Below, in pieces: positions 47,549 through 59,216 of a stretch of DNA of 64,000 bases. The stretch spans positions 32,001 to 96,000 of the forward strand of contig JBDHAC010000006.1 of NCBI GenBank assembly GCA_039588275.1, written 5' to 3'. Within the stretch, counting starts at the first letter, position 1, and every line of letters begins with the position of its first letter. The translations under genes were made by a program, and so were the position numbers. A model generated the notes under the pieces. It worked only from the letters and a program-made list of their open reading frames with translations, did no database searches and was not told the DNA's origin. The DNA comes from Gemmatimonadota bacterium (lineage in GTDB: Bacteria > Gemmatimonadota > Gemmatimonadetes > Palauibacterales > Palauibacteraceae).

Positions 47549-48334
47549 ATGGGCCGCGTCATCACGATCGCGAACCAGAAGGGCGGTGTGGGAAAGACCA
47601 CGACCGCGATCAATCTGGGCGCCTCGCTCGCGATCGCCGAGCGCCGCACTCTCGTGATCGACTGTGATCCGCAGGGGAACGCGACGAGCGGCTTCGGACT
47701 GAGGAAGGACAGCTCCCGGCTTTCCGTATACGACTGCCTGGTCAACGGCCGATCACTCGCCGAGGCCGTACGTGACGAAGTGCACTTCCCCTTTCTGAGC
47801 GTGATCCCGGCGAGCCGCGACCTGGCGGGCGCGGAAGTCGAGCTCATCGATCGGCCCAACCGCGAGCGTATCCTCCGGCAGCGGTTGATGCAGCTAAAGG
47901 CGGGATTCGACTACATCCTGATCGATTCCCCTCCCTCTTTGGGTCTGCTGACCCTGAACGCTCTCGCGGCCGCCGACACCGTGCTGATCCCCATCCAGTG
48001 CGAGTTCTACGCCCTCGAGGGCTTGAGCCAACTGCTCAACACGGTCCGGCTCGTCCAGCGCAACATCAACACGGAGCTGGAGATCGAGGGCGTGTTGCTG
48101 ACCATGTACGATTCGCGGCTCAACCTCGCCAAACAGGTGGCGGCCGAGGCGCGCGAGTACTTCGGCGGCAAGGTGTTCGACACGATGATCCCGAGAAACA
48201 TCCGCCTGGCCGAGGCCCCGAGCTTCGGGCAACCGATCGCGCTGTACGATGTCCTGTCGACGGGAGCCCGCGGCTACCTCAGCCTGGCGCGCGAGTTGAT
48301 CGATCGAGACGAGGGGGTTCGGAAGGTTGGCTAA
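47549..48334 (+). CDS. parA: Chromosome partitioning ATPase ParA/Soj
   Basis: NQKGGVGKTT, DPQGN, DSPPSLG and LAEAPSFG. Confidence 0.97.
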   Translation: MGRVITIANQKGGVGKTTTAINLGASLAIAERRTLVIDCDPQGNATSGFGLRKDSSRLSVYDCLVNGRSLAEAVRDEVHFPFLSVIPASRDLAGAEVELIDRPNRERILRQRLMQLKAGFDYILIDSPPSLGLLTLNALAAADTVLIPIQCEFYALEGLSQLLNTVRLVQRNINTELEIEGVLLTMYDSRLNLAKQVAAEAREYFGGKVFDTMIPRNIRLAEAPSFGQPIALYDVLSTGARGYLSLARELIDRDEGVRKVG

Positions 48335-49226
48335 GAGTGACAGACGGCTCGGCAAGGGGCTGGCGGCGCTCATGGGGGAAGAGACGTTCGACGAGTCCGC
48401 AGTGAGGATACCCGAACGAGAGGTGTCCATCGATCGGGTTCGAGCCAATCCGTTCCAGCCGCGCTCGAGTCTCGAGGGCGAGTCGCTGGACGAGTTGACC
48501 GAATCGATCCGGCACAACGGCCTGCTTCAGCCGCTGGTGGTCCGCCCTGCCGGGGACGGTTACGAGATCGTTGCGGGCGAGCGGCGTTGGCGAGCGCTCA
48601 TGCGGTTGGGGTGGGAGACCGCGCCGATCGTGTCACGCGATTTGACGGATGAGCAGATGCTCGTCCTCGCGCTCGTCGAGAACCTGCAGAGAGAGAACCT
48701 CTCTCCGCTCGAAGAGGCCAGGGGGTATCAACAGCTGATCGAGGAGTTCGACCTGACGCAGGAGGACATCGGCCGCCACGTCGGTCGGGACCGCTCTACG
48801 GTCGCGAACAGCCTGAGGCTGCTGAGCCTGCCGGATGAGGTCCGAGAGCTGCTCGCTGCGGGCGGGATCTCGGCCGGCCACGCGAGGGCGATACTCGGTC
48901 TTCAGGATCCGCGGAGCCAGATCGACCTCGCTCGTGCCGTGGCGAGCGAGGGGCTGTCGGTTCGCCAGACCGAACGCCGGGTGAGGGCCAAGGGGTCCCG
49001 CAAGAAGAAGCGGAAGCGTCGAGCCGTGACCGCCTCCACCGCACGCGATCCCGTTGCCAGGAGAGCGGAGCTCGTACTCCAGCGCGCGCTCGGGACCCAG
49101 GTCCGGATCCACCAAGCCGCCGACCACACGGGCGAGATCCGCATCCCGTTCCACGATCACGAGGATCTCGCTCGTCTCCTCCACCTGCTCGGAGGCGATG
49201 AGGGCGCAGAGACGCTTTCGACGTGA
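48327..49226 (+). CDS. parB: Chromosome partitioning protein ParB/Spo0J
   Basis: LGKGL, NPFQPR, GERRWRA, ENLQRE and the HTH with RSTVANSLR. Confidence 0.97.
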   Translation: MAKSDRRLGKGLAALMGEETFDESAVRIPEREVSIDRVRANPFQPRSSLEGESLDELTESIRHNGLLQPLVVRPAGDGYEIVAGERRWRALMRLGWETAPIVSRDLTDEQMLVLALVENLQRENLSPLEEARGYQQLIEEFDLTQEDIGRHVGRDRSTVANSLRLLSLPDEVRELLAAGGISAGHARAILGLQDPRSQIDLARAVASEGLSVRQTERRVRAKGSRKKKRKRRAVTASTARDPVARRAELVLQRALGTQVRIHQAADHTGEIRIPFHDHEDLARLLHLLGGDEGAETLST

Positions 49227-50044
49227 ACGAGAACCACGGCGGGTGGACCGTTCACCTCGTCCGGCAGGATGGAACCGAGACCCACACGCTCAGGCTGAAG
49301 CGATCCGCATGGGTCTGGTCGATCGTGGGCGTCGCGACCGCCCTGCTCTCGGTCGGGGTCCTCCTCGGACGGGCGTGGGCGAGCCGCATCGAGTCGGCGG
49401 AAGCGCGACGGCTGGATGCCACGATCGCCGAGCTGACGGACCGTCAAGCCCAGGTGGCGGAGCTCAACGCCCGCCTCGAGCGCATAGAGTCTGACTATCT
49501 CCGCATCCAGCGAGCGCTCGGCGCTGAAGCACCGGGCACGGCGGGCGGCGTCGTGCTGCCCGTGCCCACCTCGACGCCGGCGCGCGGCGTTCCCGCCGAT
49601 CCCGCGGCGTCCGCCCCCGCCTGGCCCCTCGCGCAACGCGGGTTTCTCACGCGCACGTTCGGTTCGCGTACCGAGGCGTCGAGATCGGGACACCCGGGGA
49701 TCGATATAGCAGTCCCGCTCGGGTCGTACGTCCGTGCCATGCTCGGGGGGATAGTGGAGGAGTCCGGGCGCGACTCCGTGTACGGCTTCTTCGTTCGGAT
49801 TGCGCACGGTGACGGGATCTCATCATTGTATGGGCACAATTCGTGGTTGTTCGCGGCGATGGGGGACAGCGTAGAGAGACTGCAGGTCATCGCTCTGTCC
49901 GGGAACACAGGGCAGTCGACGGCCCCACATCTGCACTTCGAGGTCGAGCGAGAAGGTGAGCTCCTCGATCCGCTCACCTACGTGGCGGACGGTGGAAGCG
50001 TCGACGGCGGGGCACGGGGACGGAACGGTGTGGAACCGAGGTAA
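49223..50044 (+). CDS. M23 family peptidase with TM anchor and coiled coil
   Basis: HPGID (HxxxD), YGH and STAPHLHFE. Confidence 0.92.
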   Translation: MNENHGGWTVHLVRQDGTETHTLRLKRSAWVWSIVGVATALLSVGVLLGRAWASRIESAEARRLDATIAELTDRQAQVAELNARLERIESDYLRIQRALGAEAPGTAGGVVLPVPTSTPARGVPADPAASAPAWPLAQRGFLTRTFGSRTEASRSGHPGIDIAVPLGSYVRAMLGGIVEESGRDSVYGFFVRIAHGDGISSLYGHNSWLFAAMGDSVERLQVIALSGNTGQSTAPHLHFEVEREGELLDPLTYVADGGSVDGGARGRNGVEPR

Positions 50045-50519
50045 GGAAATGGCGAAAGAGCAACGGAGCGAGGGTCCGGTTCGAGAGATGAGCGACGTCG
50101 TCTCGGTGGTGGGACCAGGCATGGAGACCGTGGGCGACATCAAGTGCGACGGTACCGTCCGCGTCGAGGGAAAGGTCGAAGGGTCGATACGAGCCACGAA
50201 ATCCGTGGTCATCGGCAAGGGTGGCACCGTGGCCGGGGATATCGAGACGCAGGATGTCGTCATCGCTGGCAGCGTGACGGGCACCGTGACGGGAGCGAGC
50301 CGCGTCGAGCTTCAAGAGACGTGCAGCGTCGAGGGCGACATCCGCAGCCGCCGCGTGAAGTTGGACGAGGGAGGCCGTGTGGAGGGCCGTCTGCTGATGG
50401 GAACCGAAGCGGCCCGCCCCGGAGCCAAGGACCGACCCGCACCGGGCGCCGAGAAACGGCCCCCTGTGGCCTCGGAGAGCGCGCCGGCGCCAAACCTGTC
50501 CGCGACCGGGAGCAAGTAG
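50028..50519 (+). CDS. Bactofilin (polymer-forming cytoskeletal protein)
   Basis: Beta-helix repeats SVVGPG..GDIKCDG.VRVEGKVEG..VIGKGG.V.GDI; start GTG 50028 or ATG 50049. Confidence 0.9.
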   Translation: MWNRGKEMAKEQRSEGPVREMSDVVSVVGPGMETVGDIKCDGTVRVEGKVEGSIRATKSVVIGKGGTVAGDIETQDVVIAGSVTGTVTGASRVELQETCSVEGDIRSRRVKLDEGGRVEGRLLMGTEAARPGAKDRPAPGAEKRPPVASESAPAPNLSATGSK

Positions 50520-50541
50520 CGGTCCCGGCCTCGCCGGTCGG

Positions 50542-50607
50542 TTTTCCACAGTTTTCCACAACCGGCTTGGAATGCGTCTGCCTAGCGGGATCCGACGCTT
50601 TTCCACA
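50542..50607 (+). promoter_or_regulatory. Cluster of three consensus DnaA boxes
   Basis: TTTTCCACA at 50542, 50552 and 50599 (fits TTWTNCACA). Confidence 0.75.
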
Positions 50608-50723
50608 ACCGGGCCAGCGCCTGGAGCACCCTCGGTGCACATCCGACTCGCGCCCGTCGAGTCACCCATCATCGCCCCCACTGGGCTATTGTTGAACGCT
50701 GTACATTTGAATGAACACCGCCG

Positions 50724-51710
50724 GTGCTGAGAGAGAGCCTTCTCTTCGCAGCCGGCCTGGTCCTGCTGACGCTGGGCGCCGATTGGCTGGTGCGCGGAGC
50801 CGCCGCCCTCGCGAAGCAACTGGGAGTGAGCCCGTTGCTCGTCGGGCTGACCGTCGTGGCCTTCGGGACCTCGGCCCCGGAATTGGTGGTGAGCGGGGCG
50901 GCGGCCGTCCGGGAGCAGGCGGGCCTCGCGGTGGGCAACGTGATGGGATCGACGGTGGCAAACGTCGGCCTGATCGTAGGGGTGGGCGCGCTCCTTCGGC
51001 CGATCGCCGTGCACAGGCGGCTACTCGTGCGCGAGACGCCACTCGTCATTCTGGTACTGACCATCGTCATGCTCTTGTCGCTGAACGATGCCGTGGGGCG
51101 CCCGGACGGCCTGGCGCTCATCACGGGCTTCTTCGTCTACCTGTGGTTCCTGATGGCCTGGGCGCGCGGCGAGCGCGAGGGCCGAGGCACGCATGGGGCC
51201 GACACCCTAACGGATCTCGTCACCGTGCCGAGCGCGCCGCCTACCCCCAAGCCGCGTCGGATGGGGAAGGATACGTGGGCGGCGGTGCTGGGCATCGCCT
51301 TCGGTCTACCCGGCTTGCTCATCGGCGCCCAGTGGCTCGTCGAGTCGGCGACCGAGATCGCACGCGCCTTCGATATCCCGGAGGCGGTCATCGGAGCGAC
51401 CCTCGTCGCGATCGGTACCTCGCTCCCGGAGCTGGCCTCGGTCATAGCCGCCGCGGTCCGCGGCATGGGAGATATCGCGATCGGAAACGTTATCGGATCG
51501 AACGTCTTCAACCTCGGCCTCGTGCTCGGGACCGCCGCACTCCTGAAGCCCCTCGAGCTCCCCCCGCAGATCGTGGTCCGGCAGGTCCTGCCGGCGCTGG
51601 CGTTCTGCGTGCTCCTGATCCCGTTGTCCCTCACCCGCCAGCGGGTCGGCCGCTGGGAGGGCGCGCTGCTCCTGAGCGGGTACGCCGGTTTCCTGATCTG
51701 GACCCTCTGA
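50724..51710 (+). CDS. Ca2+/Na+ antiporter (YrbG/CaCA family)
   Basis: GTSAPE/GTSLPE and GNVMGS/GNVIGSN repeats. Confidence 0.93.
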   Translation: MLRESLLFAAGLVLLTLGADWLVRGAAALAKQLGVSPLLVGLTVVAFGTSAPELVVSGAAAVREQAGLAVGNVMGSTVANVGLIVGVGALLRPIAVHRRLLVRETPLVILVLTIVMLLSLNDAVGRPDGLALITGFFVYLWFLMAWARGEREGRGTHGADTLTDLVTVPSAPPTPKPRRMGKDTWAAVLGIAFGLPGLLIGAQWLVESATEIARAFDIPEAVIGATLVAIGTSLPELASVIAAAVRGMGDIAIGNVIGSNVFNLGLVLGTAALLKPLELPPQIVVRQVLPALAFCVLLIPLSLTRQRVGRWEGALLLSGYAGFLIWTL

Positions 51711-51742
51711 GCCTCATCCCGCCCTGCGGGACCCCGCGTTTC

Positions 51743-51771
51743 TTGTAAAGCGATATCGTAAAGCTTAGGTT
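51743..51771 (+). promoter_or_regulatory. Promoter of the AbrB-PIN pair (TTGTAA-17-TAGGTT) with GTAAAGC direct repeats
   Basis: -35 at 51743-51748, -10 at 51766-51771; GTAAAGC at 51745 and 51758. Confidence 0.55.
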
Positions 51772-51813
51772 GGGAGCCGACTTTTCAGGTCTCCGACAGC
51801 CGAGGACCGGGCC

Positions 51814-52035
51814 ATGGCCGTCTCCGTCAAGATGAGCCGAAAGCACCAGATCGTCGTACCGAAGATCGCGCGGGACGCGCTGGGGCTCTCACCGGGTGAC
51901 CGTCTGACCGTCATCGTGAGGGACGGCGTGATCGAGATGGAAAAGCAGCCGCCCGATCTGGAGGACAGACTCGCGGGGGCGCTCGGCGACGTCACCGCCG
52001 ACGCGACTCTCTGGGCGGAGCTCGAAGGTGCCTAG
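51814..52035 (+). CDS. AbrB/MazE-type antitoxin (VapB-like)
   Basis: VKMSRKHQIVVPK..R..LGLSPGD swapped-hairpin signature. Confidence 0.88.
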   Translation: MAVSVKMSRKHQIVVPKIARDALGLSPGDRLTVIVRDGVIEMEKQPPDLEDRLAGALGDVTADATLWAELEGA

Positions 52036-52116
52036 CACCACCCTGCCCGCCCGCGCCGTCGCGACCTTGACCCGGGGCGTCACGCGGCGTGCCCGGATCC
52101 GTCGAACGGGGACCCG

Positions 52117-52572
52117 GTGAGCCAGAGGGAGGCCCTGCGCTTGCGGCTCGACGCCGCAGAGCTGGTTCACCTCGACCCGAGGGTGTTCGCCTACCACTTG
52201 ATCGGCGCGACCATCTACTCCGACCTCACCGGGGTCGTGTTCGAGGGGATGCGAAAACGCTCGTTCCGCACGCAGACATCCTCCTTCGCCCTATATCAGC
52301 TCCTCGTGGAGGTGTATCGCCGTGGCGAGCAGGCGCGAGCCGCGGAGATCTCGAAGATGATCACGGTGCACGCGGGCCTCGAATTGGTCCCCGTGACGTC
52401 GGAAGTGGCCGTACAGGCCGCTCAGGTCCGCGCGCAGTTGGGGGGGCGGCCGGAGCGGGCCGTACAGATCGCGACGGCGCTGCTGGGCGGCGCGGACGTC
52501 TATCTCACCGAGGGATCCGGGCTCCGCAGGATCGTCGGGATGACGGTGGTCAACCTCGAAGATTACCTGTAG
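52117..52572 (+). CDS. PIN-domain (VapC-like) protein with degenerate active site
   Basis: VHLDPRVFAYHL, TSSFALYQ and AVQIATAL..GADVYLT; follows the AbrB gene. Confidence 0.8.
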   Translation: MSQREALRLRLDAAELVHLDPRVFAYHLIGATIYSDLTGVVFEGMRKRSFRTQTSSFALYQLLVEVYRRGEQARAAEISKMITVHAGLELVPVTSEVAVQAAQVRAQLGGRPERAVQIATALLGGADVYLTEGSGLRRIVGMTVVNLEDYL

Positions 52573-52768
52573 CGGCGCCCTCCAAAACCTACCGAAACGA
52601 GGTCCGAAACCGTCTCTGGCGGGCGTGGCAAACCCAGGATAGGCTATGCTGGGAGCTCGGCGCATCACGCGCGAGTTGCCGGCATGGGAGGGGGCCCTGC
52701 CGTTCCGTCTTCCGACCCGCGCCGCGTCCATGATGACGAACACAGCGGTCTTGTAGGATACTCCGAAG

Positions 52769-53446
52769 ATGAAGTGGATACGAGACTTCTACCGGTCGTC
52801 GTTGGGCAAGAAGGCCGTGATGGCGGTGACCGGCGTGCTCCTCTTCGGCTTCGTGTTGCTCCACATGTTGGGGAACCTGAAGCTCTTCCTGGGACCCGAT
52901 AAGCTCAACCATTACGCCGAGGGCTTGCGAGCCTTCGGAGAGCCGATACTGGGTCACGGCGATCTGCTGTGGATCCTGCGCGTCGGCCTGCTGGCGGCTG
53001 TCGGGCTGCACATCATCTCCGCCTGGCAGCTGCGGCGGCAGAACGTCCGGGCGCGCCCCATCGGCTACGTTCGCAAGACGCATGAGGCCGCGACCTACGC
53101 CTCGCGCAGCATGTTCTGGGGCGGTGTCCTGATCGTCGCCTTCGTCATTTACCATTTGCTGCACATGACCGTGGGCAACGTGCACGCGGAATTCGTGGTC
53201 GGCGACGTACGCCACAACATGGTGACCGCCTTCGTGAACCCGTACGTGAGCGGCTTCTACATCGTGGCCGTCCTCGCGCTCGGGCTCCACCTGTACCACG
53301 GCTTGTGGAGCTTCTTTCAATCCATGGGGTGGACGGGTCCCCGTCTCGCCGGGTTTCGCCGGAAGTTCGCCGTCGCGTTCGCCGTGCTGGTATCCGCGGG
53401 ATTTATAGCGGTGCCCGTCGCGATCCTGATCCGCCTCGTGCGCTGA
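52769..53446 (+). CDS. sdhC: Succinate dehydrogenase cytochrome b subunit (b558 family)
   Basis: SSLGKKAVMAVTG, HMLGNL and HLYHG..S.FQS.G. Confidence 0.93.
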   Translation: MKWIRDFYRSSLGKKAVMAVTGVLLFGFVLLHMLGNLKLFLGPDKLNHYAEGLRAFGEPILGHGDLLWILRVGLLAAVGLHIISAWQLRRQNVRARPIGYVRKTHEAATYASRSMFWGGVLIVAFVIYHLLHMTVGNVHAEFVVGDVRHNMVTAFVNPYVSGFYIVAVLALGLHLYHGLWSFFQSMGWTGPRLAGFRRKFAVAFAVLVSAGFIAVPVAILIRLVR

Positions 53447-53464
53447 AGATCTGAGGAGCTGGAG

Positions 53465-55377
<1,913 letters not shown>

Positions 55378-55378
<1 letters not shown>

Positions 55379-56142
55379 TGGATCTCGTCCTCCACGTCTG
55401 GCGCCAGCCCGGCCCTGACGCCGAAGGGCGGATGGTGCCTTACGACGCCCCCGGCGTCGATCCCGACATGTCGTTCCTCGAGATGCTGGATGTCGTGAAC
55501 GAGCGGCTTCAAACCGAAGGCGAGGAGCCGATCGTCTTCGACCACGATTGTAGAGAGGGTATCTGCGGCACCTGCGGCATGATGATCAACGGGGTCGCAC
55601 ATGGTCCCCTGGGCGGCACGACCGTATGCCAGCTCCACATGCGTCACTTCTCCGACGGCGACGAGATCTGGATCGAGCCCTGGCGCTCCGCGGCCTTCCC
55701 GGTGCTCAAGGACCTCATGGTGGATCGCTCCGCACTCGACCGGATCATCCAGGCGGGCGGCTATATCTCGGTGAACACCGGCAGCGCCCCCGATGCGAAC
55801 GAGGTCCTGGTGCCCAAGTCCGACGCCGATCTGGCGTTCGAGGCGGCGGCGTGCATCGGGTGCGGCGCGTGCGTCGCGCAGTGCCCGAACGGGGCGGCGC
55901 ACCTGTTCACAGCCGCCAAGGTCTCTCACCTGGGCCTCCTCCCGCAGGGCCAGCCCGAGCGCCGGATCAGGGTCGAGCGGATGGTGGCGCAGATGGAGGC
56001 CGAGGCGTTCGGCTCCTGCACGAACCACCAGGAGTGCGAGATCGTGTGCCCGCAAGAGATCTCGATCGATTACATCGCACGGATGAACCGGGACTTCCTC
56101 GGGACGCAGCTCCGCGGCCAGGCGCAGGCAAAGGCCGGCTAG
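55378..56142 (+). CDS. sdhB: Succinate dehydrogenase/fumarate reductase iron-sulfur subunit
   Basis: [16 protein letters not shown] and CTNHQEC..CP; TAATG coupling to sdhA. Confidence 0.96.
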
Positions 56143-56236
56143 CGGGTAGCCCGAGGGCTTCAGGGCATGCTCCGGCACCCCGGGCGGTCACGCCGGGGCG
56201 CGGCGGGCCACACGGGCTGGCCGGGGCCCGAGCTGG

Positions 56237-57943
56237 CTACCGTTCCAGCCGGATCCGATAGACCACGTTGTCGCGATCGCCCGTCACGAAGATCGTACCG
56301 GCCTCGTCGGCGACTACGTCGCTGAACACCCAGGTCGGGGGGGCGGTCGGCGGGCCTTCCAACCCCACCGCCAGTCCGGTGACGAGCGGCTGAGCCTCCG
56401 CGCTTCCGATGGGGATTCGCACGAGTTGGCGACGCCCGGTCTCGACGACCAGGAGGCTGCCGTCGGGAGCGAGCGTGATTCCCTCGGGCGCCGACAGACC
56501 TACCGCGACGGGTAGCGGAGTCCAGTTCGGCTCTCCCTCCGAGAGGATCTTCAGCACCTGTCCCGCTGCGCGATCCGTGACCCACAGGTCTCCGTCGCTC
56601 GCGGCGATGCCCGCGGGCAGACCCAGCCCCGCCGCAAGCGTATCGCGTACGGTCGGATCTCCACCGCCGAGCCGGATCACTCGCCCGTCCCCGGGCCCCG
56701 CTCCCAGCTCTGCCACCACCAGGTCCCCACCGACGCTGACCGCGTTGAGGGGCGTCGCGAAGTCGGTGTACGTGGCGAGTGGGACTCGCGCCCGCGGGTC
56801 CCACACCTGGACCGCGTTCGAGATCCACGACGCGATCACCAGGTTCCCGTCCTCGTCCCGATCGAGCGTCATGGGGGCGGTCACCCCTCCCGATGCGCCG
56901 ATGACGTGTGTCTCGACGCCCGTCGCCTCTCCCGTCTGCGCGTCGAAGGCGCGCAACGAAAGGAGATCGGCTACGTACAGCGTGCCACGGGTCTGCCCCG
57001 CTCCCAGCGCGATGCCGCCGGGGGCGATCATCCCGCCGGGGGACACCAATCGCGTCGAATGGGCGTCGGTGATCTCGTAGACGGCCCCGTCGCGGGCATG
57101 GGAGACGAACAACCGATCCGCGGAGTCGATCGCCAGGTTGTCAGGAGCCGGGGGTACGCGCCCGACGACCTCGCGATCACCGCTGACGAGATCGATGCGC
57201 CAGACCTCGCCGGTTGTGTACTCCGTCGCGTGCAGTCGACCGCGCGAGTCGAACTTCACCGCCGACACGATGTCGAACCCGTCCGCCACGGTCGTCGTGG
57301 TCGCGGTGGCGGGGTCGACCCGCACGATGCTCCCCTGCGTCCAGATGGGACCGTACAGCTGACCATCGGGTCCCCAATCCATGCCGTTCATCCAGCCGGG
57401 GGCCTCCAGGATCCTACGGGGCTCCTCGAGGAGCCCCGGGTCCAGCTCGTACAGACCATCGCCCAGGAAATCGAGCGCCACGAACAGGCGTCCGTCGTCC
57501 GAAAAGGTGATGGGGTTGACGCCGGGCGCGACCATCTGACCCTGCTTCGCCCCGTCCGGCCCGATTCGGCCCACCTCGCCCGTGAAGATGGCCGTCCAGT
57601 ACACGGAGCCATCCGCGCCGATCGCGACGTCGTCGGGCGTCTCGACCCCATCCTCGGGCCCGTAGCGCCGCAACACCGATCCGGTCTCGGGATCGAGCGC
57701 CAGTAGCTCCCGCCCGAAGACGCTTCCCACCCAGAGACGTCCTTCGGCGTCGAAGTGGATCCCGTTGGCGCTATGGAAAGGCGCACCGCGAGCCAGCACG
57801 CTGACCGTGCCCCCGTCCGGGGCGGCAGGACGGGATCGCGTGGGATCGGAAGACCGCCTCGTGCGGTCCCCGCACGAGGCCACGGTGAACGCGAGCAGGA
57901 ACGCCGTGAGCGCGGTGCTGATCCGTCTCAGGCGGATCACCAT
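56237..57943 (-). CDS. Double beta-propeller lipoprotein (SMP-30/gluconolactonase/NHL-like)
   Basis: Lipobox VASC; repeated PDD/NG/PEGI blade motifs. Confidence 0.8.
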   Translation of the reverse strand: MVIRLRRISTALTAFLLAFTVASCGDRTRRSSDPTRSRPAAPDGGTVSVLARGAPFHSANGIHFDAEGRLWVGSVFGRELLALDPETGSVLRRYGPEDGVETPDDVAIGADGSVYWTAIFTGEVGRIGPDGAKQGQMVAPGVNPITFSDDGRLFVALDFLGDGLYELDPGLLEEPRRILEAPGWMNGMDWGPDGQLYGPIWTQGSIVRVDPATATTTTVADGFDIVSAVKFDSRGRLHATEYTTGEVWRIDLVSGDREVVGRVPPAPDNLAIDSADRLFVSHARDGAVYEITDAHSTRLVSPGGMIAPGGIALGAGQTRGTLYVADLLSLRAFDAQTGEATGVETHVIGASGGVTAPMTLDRDEDGNLVIASWISNAVQVWDPRARVPLATYTDFATPLNAVSVGGDLVVAELGAGPGDGRVIRLGGGDPTVRDTLAAGLGLPAGIAASDGDLWVTDRAAGQVLKILSEGEPNWTPLPVAVGLSAPEGITLAPDGSLLVVETGRRQLVRIPIGSAEAQPLVTGLAVGLEGPPTAPPTWVFSDVVADEAGTIFVTGDRDNVVYRIRLER

Positions 57944-59178
57944 GGACGGAAGAGGAGACCGGTCGGGATCTTGGGTGAGAAATACGTCGTCTTCGCCGGC
58001 AACCGTGTGCCGTCCGAGACGGCGTCCCGCACGGCGTCGACATCGACGGACGGCAGCAGAAAGGTGGCCCCGCCCTCGCCGCACGCGCGCGCGGCCTCCA
58101 CCGCGTCGCGATGGTACGTGAGCTGGCCGTCTCGGGCGGCGTCATCGGCCGAGGTTCCGAGCGCGCCTTCCAGGATGAGGTGATCGAAGATGGCCGCCCC
58201 GATCCGGGCACGGGCCGGTGCGATCCCGGCCTCCTCCACCGCGCTCGCGCGCGGCCGGAGCAAATGAGCGCCGTCATCGGTTGCGGTGACGAGGCCGAGG
58301 GTGGCCCCGCCCGCCGTCGCGACCCGCCGCGCCGCGCCCTCGGGATCCTCACCCGGCAGCGGCTCGATCTCGAACAGGCCCGCGAGCGCGTCGATCCAGC
58401 TTCCTGCGGGCGGAGCTACCGCCAGGGCCCGGTGCGTGGGCAACACGGTCAGCCCGGGGTCCCGCTCGCTCACGACGCAACACACCGTCCGCTGCGCGCC
58501 TTCCTCGTCGGGTCGCGCCGCGGCCGCGGCGAGCGCGGTCTCGTATCGGTGGTGCCCATCGGCGATCAATAACGGGCCGCGGCTGGCAAGCGCGCACAGC
58601 CCGGCGGCTGCCGTCTCGTCGGACACGCGCCACAGTGTGTGTGTAATCCCGTCGGGTGTCGCTCCATCCAACTCCGGCGTCTCGTCCGCGATCGACTCGA
58701 GCGCCTCGATCAGTCCCCCGTCGGGGTCTTCACCGATCACGAAGATGGGTGATAACTGCGCTCGACAGGCCAGAGTCAGCGCCAGGCGGTCCTCCTTCGG
58801 TCCGCGGTGCGTTCGCTCGTGCGGGAGTACTTCACCGGCCTCGAACGGGACCAGGCGAAGCGCCGCGAACAGTGCCCTGCGGTGAACCAGGGTCCCGCCG
58901 ACCTCGTAGGCCTGGCGGTATACGTAGGCCGAAGGCGTGGGGTCGCGCTCGAGAACGCGATCGGTCTCCCAGTCGGCCAGCCTGCGCGCGGCGAGACCGT
59001 ACCGCTCGGGCGCCTCGCCCTCGGGCAGCACGAGCCGCACGCAGTTGAACGGACTCCGCCCTCGAAGCGCCTCGGCCTCCTCAGGGTCGATCACGTCGTA
59101 CGGCGGCGCGAGGAGGGCAGCGGGCTGCCCTGCCAGTCGGTCGAAGCGAAGAGCGCGAAAGGGTGCAAGATCCGGCAC
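57937..59178 (-). CDS. DUF1015 family protein
   Basis: PFRALR, APPYDVI, PHERT, IADGHHRYET and KTTYFSPK. Confidence 0.92.
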   Translation of the reverse strand: MPDLAPFRALRFDRLAGQPAALLAPPYDVIDPEEAEALRGRSPFNCVRLVLPEGEAPERYGLAARRLADWETDRVLERDPTPSAYVYRQAYEVGGTLVHRRALFAALRLVPFEAGEVLPHERTHRGPKEDRLALTLACRAQLSPIFVIGEDPDGGLIEALESIADETPELDGATPDGITHTLWRVSDETAAAGLCALASRGPLLIADGHHRYETALAAAAARPDEEGAQRTVCCVVSERDPGLTVLPTHRALAVAPPAGSWIDALAGLFEIEPLPGEDPEGAARRVATAGGATLGLVTATDDGAHLLRPRASAVEEAGIAPARARIGAAIFDHLILEGALGTSADDAARDGQLTYHRDAVEAARACGEGGATFLLPSVDVDAVRDAVSDGTRLPAKTTYFSPKIPTGLLFRPW

Positions 59179-59216
59179 GCTGCCTCCCATGTCCGGAGGG
59201 GAGTTGGACGAATCGG

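Noticed and set aside
50542..50710. oriC at the second DnaA-box cluster
   Set aside because: No DnaA-trios or adjacent DUE; the dnaA-dnaN gap has the complete unwinding module.
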